Positions 58,654-64,000 of a stretch of 64,000 nt of DNA are shown here, piece after piece (the first letter of the stretch is position 1; each line of letters starts with the position of its first letter). The DNA is taken from positions 160,001-224,000 of the forward strand of contig CAVRAG010000004.1 of the NCBI GenBank assembly GCA_963718895.1, written 5' to 3'. Both the position numbers and the translations under genes were made by a program. The DNA is from an uncultured Nitrososphaerota archaeon (lineage in GTDB: Archaea; Thermoproteota; Nitrososphaeria; Nitrososphaerales; Gagatemarchaeaceae). The notes under the pieces are model-generated. The model saw only the letters and a list, made by a program, of their open reading frames with translations, ran no database searches and was not told the DNA's origin.

Positions 58654-59331
58654 CTAGGCGATGCCCATGCAGGCCTTACACTGGGCGAGTTCAACTCTAA
58701 GGTCTTCGTCCTTTGCTATTGCAATGGTAGTTCGGTGAATCTTGTGCTTCGCCTTCCAAACGACGAATTCGTAGCTGTCCCTCGGCAGCGCCACCTTAGC
58801 CACTCCGGATTCATCGGTATAGGTCGTATGGAGTCCCAGTCTGACATAGGCGCTGTCAACGGGCAGCCGTGTGTTTTCGTCCGTCACACCCACGGTGACC
58901 GTGCACTCGGGCGGCTTCGTCGTGCTAAGCCCGAAGCGCTGACTCGCTTCAATATGCTGGAAATTGGCGACCGATTCCTGGGGAAATCCAGCAGACCATC
59001 CATGGTACCCTCCGTCAACCGGTGCTCTCATTTCCACCTCGGCCCAGTACAGATCTGTAGTTCCGCCCCAAGGATCAGGGCCGAGAGTGCCCGTTGCCAC
59101 TCTCTTCCCTGCACCATCGAGCACTTCGACTGTGGCTCCTGAAAGAACGCACCCATCGTCACATCTGACGCCTATCCTGGGGTTGAATCTCACACCGAAC
59201 TCGATTGGTGTGGGAACGTTCCAGACCGCCATGCTTGTGCGGTGCTTCTTTACCACGGCGGGGGACGCAGAAGAGCTTTCACTCTCCCGCGCTCCTTCGA
59301 GTCCTTCCGTCAGTGCCGTGGCGTTCTGCAT
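58654..59331 (-). CDS. Hypothetical beta-sandwich protein (carboxypeptidase-regulatory-like C-domain) with C-terminal CxxC
   Basis: VTVGVTD...PVDSAYVRL...TDESGVA...YEFVVWK; CKAC; 35 nt after the flavoprotein gene. Confidence 0.7.
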   Translation of the reverse strand: MQNATALTEGLEGARESESSSASPAVVKKHRTSMAVWNVPTPIEFGVRFNPRIGVRCDDGCVLSGATVEVLDGAGKRVATGTLGPDPWGGTTDLYWAEVEMRAPVDGGYHGWSAGFPQESVANFQHIEASQRFGLSTTKPPECTVTVGVTDENTRLPVDSAYVRLGLHTTYTDESGVAKVALPRDSYEFVVWKAKHKIHRTTIAIAKDEDLRVELAQCKACMGIA

Positions 59332-59366
59332 CCGTCTTCACTTGCTCGTTCGCAGGCTGCAGCTTG

Positions 59367-61145
59367 CTACTGGGACGTGAGGCCGACGACGTTCGCCGCA
59401 GCTATCCTCCCCATCGTGTAGCACGACGAGACGTTCCTGCAGCACTGGTAGAGGTAGCTGAACACCTCGCCCATCTCGCCTGCTGAGTACAGCCTTGGAA
59501 TCGGTTCGCCGTGTGGGTCGAGGACCTCTGCCTTGGAGTTGCGGACCGGGCCTCCCTGGGTGTTGTACAGTAGGGGCTTGAGGAGGATTGCGTAGTATGG
59601 TGGTGTCGAGATCGCTGTCAGGCCTGTGGTCCTGCCGAACTCGGTGTCCGTGCCCGTCGCGACCATCGTGTTCCAGCTGGTCACTTCCGCGGGCAACACC
59701 GTGGAGTCCTTTCCTATGGCCGTCGCGAGGGCGGCGACCGTGGACGCCGTGGTTATCCAGCCAAGACCGAGCTCGGTCTTGTTGGTGGTGTCGGCCTTGT
59801 ATCCTTCGACGGCGGAGGCCCAGCCCATTCCCGTCCCTCCTGACCCCTGGAACAGCGCTGAGCCGCTTCCAAACCCGACCGAGTCGAAGATCACGTGTAT
59901 GGGCTGTGGGAAGTATCCGCTCCGGTACGCGCCGTTCTGGATGAACTTGCCCGCGACGAGCGCCACGGTGGTGCCGGGGCTCGGGGCCGTGTTGTAACCG
60001 GGGCTCTGGGTCTCGTTGCTGAACCTCTTGCTGTCAGCGCCCACGTAGATGTAGCCACCCTTCGAGGGATTGTTTATGGGGATGTTGGCGTTGTACTGGG
60101 GGGTCTTCATTGCCCAGCCGCTTGGCGCTGCTGCGACGTCCATGTGCCACAGATTCGCGCCGACGGACTGTGCCATCTCTATCCCGTCGCCGGTGTTGTA
60201 TGGCGAACCAAAGAAGAGCTGGTTCGGGACGCCGATGTAGTCTCTGACCATCTGGGGGTTGTACTCGTATCCGCCGGCGCAGAGCACGACGCCCTTGTTT
60301 GCCTTGATGTTGATGCTCGTGCCGCCAGAGGGGTTGGCCGCGACGCCGACGATCTCCCTCGTCGCGGGGTCCTGAACTAGGCCCACGGCTGGCGTGCCGT
60401 ACATGATGTTGATCTTCCGGTTGATCGCCTGTTGCTGGAGGAAGAACCAGTTGCCACCGTACGGTTGTGTGGTCTTGACGCTCCAGGAGCCGCCGTATGG
60501 CGTCGACACCGCCCAGGCTCCCATGAACTGGGGATAGAACGGCTGTGGGAACATGCCCCACTGCATCGTCGCGCCGAGGCCCTCGAACCAAGTCTTGTTC
60601 TGAGCGCTTTGCAGTACGAGGGTCTGGATTAGGGTGTCATCGGTCGGGAACCCCTGGCCGTCACCCATCTGCTGGAAGTACACCTGCTCGTTGTAGAGCA
60701 CCGAAGGCGACTGGATTACGTTGCCGCTCTGGTCGGTTCCGGGCACCCAGACGCACTGACCGCACACCCTGCTGTTGCCTCCTGCATGATTCAGCGGCGC
60801 CTTTTCGAGTATGAGCACGTTGGCTCCAAGGTCGCTGGCAGTGATCGCAGTCGCCAGGCCCGCGAAGCCCATCCCCACGACCACCACGTCAGCCGTGTAA
60901 TCCCAGCTGGATGGCACTGCGGTCGCGATGAGATTGGGTTGCGCCTTCAGCGGGACGGCTGGTCCTGCCCTGCGTCCAGCTGCCGTGACGAGCTCCGTCG
61001 CGCCTCCCGCCAACGGGGTCGCTCCAGCAGCCGGAAAGAGCGACCTCGCGCCCGCAACAGCACCAATCGCCGCGGCTCCAACGGCCGCGGTTCCCATGAA
61101 CTGTCTCCTCGACAGCTTCTTGTCGGTGATAGATTCCTCGGTCAA
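59367..61145 (-). CDS. Tat-exported FAD-dependent oxidoreductase (fumarate reductase/flavocytochrome c flavoprotein superfamily)
   Basis: LSRRQFMG twin-Arg signal; VVGMGFAG, GGNS, LCAGGY, NTGDG, TQGG, IPRLYSAGE, GRIAA. Confidence 0.9.
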   Translation of the reverse strand: MTEESITDKKLSRRQFMGTAAVGAAAIGAVAGARSLFPAAGATPLAGGATELVTAAGRRAGPAVPLKAQPNLIATAVPSSWDYTADVVVVGMGFAGLATAITASDLGANVLILEKAPLNHAGGNSRVCGQCVWVPGTDQSGNVIQSPSVLYNEQVYFQQMGDGQGFPTDDTLIQTLVLQSAQNKTWFEGLGATMQWGMFPQPFYPQFMGAWAVSTPYGGSWSVKTTQPYGGNWFFLQQQAINRKINIMYGTPAVGLVQDPATREIVGVAANPSGGTSINIKANKGVVLCAGGYEYNPQMVRDYIGVPNQLFFGSPYNTGDGIEMAQSVGANLWHMDVAAAPSGWAMKTPQYNANIPINNPSKGGYIYVGADSKRFSNETQSPGYNTAPSPGTTVALVAGKFIQNGAYRSGYFPQPIHVIFDSVGFGSGSALFQGSGGTGMGWASAVEGYKADTTNKTELGLGWITTASTVAALATAIGKDSTVLPAEVTSWNTMVATGTDTEFGRTTGLTAISTPPYYAILLKPLLYNTQGGPVRNSKAEVLDPHGEPIPRLYSAGEMGEVFSYLYQCCRNVSSCYTMGRIAAANVVGLTSQ

Positions 61146-61178
61146 TTCATTCCACTGGAGGTCATCGACTCGTCAGTG

Positions 61179-61218
61179 TACTTAATCAGGACGAATTATT
61201 TGCACGTAAACGCACCCA
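61179..61218 (-). promoter_or_regulatory. Conserved promoter/operator, copy 2
   Basis: Matches 58371-58410; followed by the same CCAGTGGAAyGAA-TTG leader. Confidence 0.8.
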
Positions 61219-61303
61219 TGCGGGAAGGAGGTCTCCCATGGAGTCGTCAGATATGACCCCACAGCGACCTGAGGGTGCACTCATCTAGAAGGGGACGGAG
61301 GTG

Positions 61304-62557
61304 TCACTTGCTACCCTTGATGTAGAACAGCACCACTACGGCGATTGAAAAAGGTACGATGGAAACCAGGAAGGGGAAGACGGGTCCGACAGAGGAGTAT
61401 ATCAGCCCCGCTGCGATCTGAGATGGGAGCGATACCAGGGCAGGAAGGATGCTGAACATCGCGAGGATCTTGCCCCTGTGCTCGACCTCTATCGCTTCTG
61501 CCTGTATGCTGGAAAGGGACGGGCTCTGTATAGCGGTTCCGACGGCTCCCGTCATCCCCCATTCCAGAAGCTCGTCCATCGTCTTCGCCTGGGAGAACAT
61601 CACGTTGCTGATCGGCGCCGCGACAGAGGCTATCAGGACGGCGTTCTTTGAGCCCATCCGCTTGATCAGGAATATGACTCCGAGCAGAAGGCACACGGTC
61701 GTGAGTCCTGCAAAGTCCACTATGACGCTGTAGTCAATCGGATTGAAGTTCAGGTGGTCGACCACGTAAATCGACGCGAACGGCGCAGTCAGCCCTGTTC
61801 CTATCCCCGCGAGCGTCACATACAGCAGGAGACGCTTCACGATGGGGTTCGAACGCCTTGTCGCACTGATGCCTGAGACGAAGGACTCTTTGACGTAGCT
61901 CAGGAACGGCTTCTTCTCGTGCGGCTTTGTGGCGAAGGTCTCGCCGAGCATCCGCGACCTAAACGTGACTCCGACTGCTCCGAACAGCGCGCTGGCGCAG
62001 TAGGCCAGCTTCACTCCGTCCAGAATGCCGTAGTGCGCCATGAGCAGTCCGCCGAGCGTCGGGACGATGATCGAGGGCAGGTTGTTTATGGCGCTGAAGA
62101 CCGAGAAACCGCGTATGCGGTCCGCGGGTTCTATCGAATCGAACATCACCGAGTTGAACGCCGGGGTGTAGATGCTCGCCATGGAAGCGATGGTGAGGGG
62201 AATGATGATGAGATAGACCGAGTTGACGGCCGCGTAGATGACGGCGCTGCAGACGGATATCCAGCTGAAGGTCACGATGACCCTTCGTCTCCCCCAGGTG
62301 TCGGCGACGTAGCCTCCCACCAGCAACGCGAGTATCGTGACAGCCGTTCCGAACGCGACCAAGATGCCGATATCGATGTCAGAAGCGCCTAGCGCTGCGA
62401 AGTAGAGCGTCTGGTATGGGTTGGCCATCGCGGTACCAATCGACCAGAGCGACGAGGTCGAAGTGAGCACCCAAGCGTTACGGGGAAGGCTGAGAAAGTC
62501 CCTTGCCTTGTGCAGCCAATCGTTGCTCGTGGTCACTCCTCCGCCGTTTGCCGTCAT
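61304..62557 (-). CDS. MFS transporter
   Basis: GGYVADTWGRRR motif A; about 12 TM helices. Confidence 0.9.
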   Translation of the reverse strand: MTANGGGVTTSNDWLHKARDFLSLPRNAWVLTSTSSLWSIGTAMANPYQTLYFAALGASDIDIGILVAFGTAVTILALLVGGYVADTWGRRRVIVTFSWISVCSAVIYAAVNSVYLIIIPLTIASMASIYTPAFNSVMFDSIEPADRIRGFSVFSAINNLPSIIVPTLGGLLMAHYGILDGVKLAYCASALFGAVGVTFRSRMLGETFATKPHEKKPFLSYVKESFVSGISATRRSNPIVKRLLLYVTLAGIGTGLTAPFASIYVVDHLNFNPIDYSVIVDFAGLTTVCLLLGVIFLIKRMGSKNAVLIASVAAPISNVMFSQAKTMDELLEWGMTGAVGTAIQSPSLSSIQAEAIEVEHRGKILAMFSILPALVSLPSQIAAGLIYSSVGPVFPFLVSIVPFSIAVVVLFYIKGSK

Positions 62558-62714
62558 CTGTCGTCTGATATTAGAGTCTCAGGGTCACGTCCGCGTTCTT
62601 GCCATTGCCTACCGATAGACAGCGCGGACCGATTCTTCAGGAGGAGGTGCGGTGAGCATCCATCACGCTCCACCTTAATATGTCCCGGTTCGCTCGAGAT
62701 TCCCGTGGTGTTCG

Positions 62715-63680
62715 ATGGGCCGAGTCATCGAGATGGATAACCTGACGAAGATCTTTGGCGAGAAGCTCATCGCGGTGAACAACGTGAACTTCGAGGTCGA
62801 AGAGGGCGCCATCTTCGGCTTCCTAGGCCCCAACGGTGCGGGCAAGACCACCACCATAAGACTGTTGCTTGGGCTGATACGGCCGACGGCCGGGGAGGTC
62901 AGAGTCTTCGGGGAGAAGATGACCCCCGGCTCGTCCAACCTGCGACGGAGGATAGGCTACCTTCCAACGAACCCGCGGTTCCCTCCGACGATGACCCCGA
63001 TCAGGTACCTGGACTTTGTGGGGAAGCTCTTCCGCATCGGGAGGGAGGAGAGGATGAAGCGGCTCGCAACCCTGATACGCTCGGTCGGACTGCTGGGAGA
63101 CTCGTCTAGGGAAATCGCCGGGTTTTCGACCGGGATGGTGACCCGCCTCGGGTTCGCGGCGGCCTTGATGAACGACCCCGAACTGCTGATCCTCGACGAG
63201 CCCACGTCTGGACTGGACCCGGCCGGAAGGAAGTCGACCCTGGACCTGATCGCAGAGTTGGGCAAGGAGAAGACGATCTTCGTGTCGTCCCACATCCTGA
63301 GCGACATCGACAGGGTGTGCACCGACGTCGGCGTCATAGGCGAAGGAAAGGGCATCTTCTCTGGCTCGATAAAGGACATGAAGAAGAGCATCCGCAGCCG
63401 TGTCATCCGCCTGGAGCTGGAGGGGGACCTGGCGAAGTTCTGTGAGGCGTTGAAGGCTGCGCAGTGGGTCGTCGGCTTCGAGACGCGGGGCGACTTCGAG
63501 GTGGACGTCACCTTCGGTCCCGCCATGTCAATGGCAGACGCGGTCAGAGAGGTAACGAACCTCGTCTCTCGTCTGGGGCTGGACCTTATCTCGGTGAGTT
63601 CTTCGACGTCCAGCGTCGAGGATGCGTTCATGGCGTTGCTTCGAGATGAAGAGTCGCGTGGGTTCCTCAGAGCGGCCTAG
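62715..63680 (+). CDS. ABC-2-type transporter ATP-binding protein
   Basis: GPNGAGKT, FSTGM, LDEPTSGLD, SSHIL. Confidence 0.93.
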   Translation: MGRVIEMDNLTKIFGEKLIAVNNVNFEVEEGAIFGFLGPNGAGKTTTIRLLLGLIRPTAGEVRVFGEKMTPGSSNLRRRIGYLPTNPRFPPTMTPIRYLDFVGKLFRIGREERMKRLATLIRSVGLLGDSSREIAGFSTGMVTRLGFAAALMNDPELLILDEPTSGLDPAGRKSTLDLIAELGKEKTIFVSSHILSDIDRVCTDVGVIGEGKGIFSGSIKDMKKSIRSRVIRLELEGDLAKFCEALKAAQWVVGFETRGDFEVDVTFGPAMSMADAVREVTNLVSRLGLDLISVSSSTSSVEDAFMALLRDEESRGFLRAA

Positions 63681-64000
63681 CCAGGGGGAGGCGCTCGGGC
63701 CTTTCTGGGCGATTGTGCAGGCCGACCTCAGGGGCCTCTTCAGGAGCCGGATAACCTATGGATGGCTACTTGCTGCAATCTTCGTCCAGGTGGTGAGGAC
63801 TCTCGGCTCGAGCGGGTCGGGGACGACCTCGAGCGTGGTCTCCTCCGGCCTCTCCGACTTCGTCTACATCTGGAGCCTGGTAATCATAGGGTTGGCAGCG
63901 AGCTCGGTCTCGTCAGAGGCGGGGGAGCTCGCCGATTCCATCATGAGCAAGTCGGTCACGCGCCTCGACTACGTCCTAGCCAAGTTCACGTCCCGAATCG
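63646..64000 (+). CDS. ABC-2 permease, truncated by the window end
   Basis: IVQADLRGLFRSR, SSVSSEAGE...SKSVTRLDYVLAKF; overlaps the ATPase end. Confidence 0.82.
   Translation, partial: MKSRVGSSERPSQGEALGPFWAIVQADLRGLFRSRITYGWLLAAIFVQVVRTLGSSGSGTTSSVVSSGLSDFVYIWSLVIIGLAASSVSSEAGELADSIMSKSVTRLDYVLAKFTSRI

Overview
A GC-rich archaeal chromosome segment, most likely from a non-ammonia-oxidising Nitrososphaerota (Thaumarchaeota) lineage. That placement is inferred from a thaumarchaeal-type CdvB, the srp54-pus10-rpl21e-rpo4-DUF655-ksgA block, TATA-proximal leaderless TTG/GTG starts and a tRNA with a D-loop BHB intron. The left 25 kb is rich in DNA-repair genes: a DinG/XPD helicase, two DUF72 paralogs, a PolB2/RadA-like cassette and a compact Ku-like + minimal ATP ligase + minimal PolX operon, a candidate non-canonical archaeal NHEJ system. 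The middle holds housekeeping and membrane genes, a pncA-pncB-degenerate nadE cluster, tRNA-His with a 15/16 intron, and a decayed island at tRNA-Ala(CGC) with two att-like repeats and an integrase remnant. The right end holds a Tat-exported flavoprotein and a CxCH-motif surface protein that share a duplicated 40-bp promoter. The surface protein's transmembrane anchor runs, via one +1 frameshift, into a start-less TFB cyclin core, giving a candidate membrane-tethered TFB. Several genes carry single extra bases, which may be assembly errors. All family calls come from motif recognition by eye; no database searches were run.
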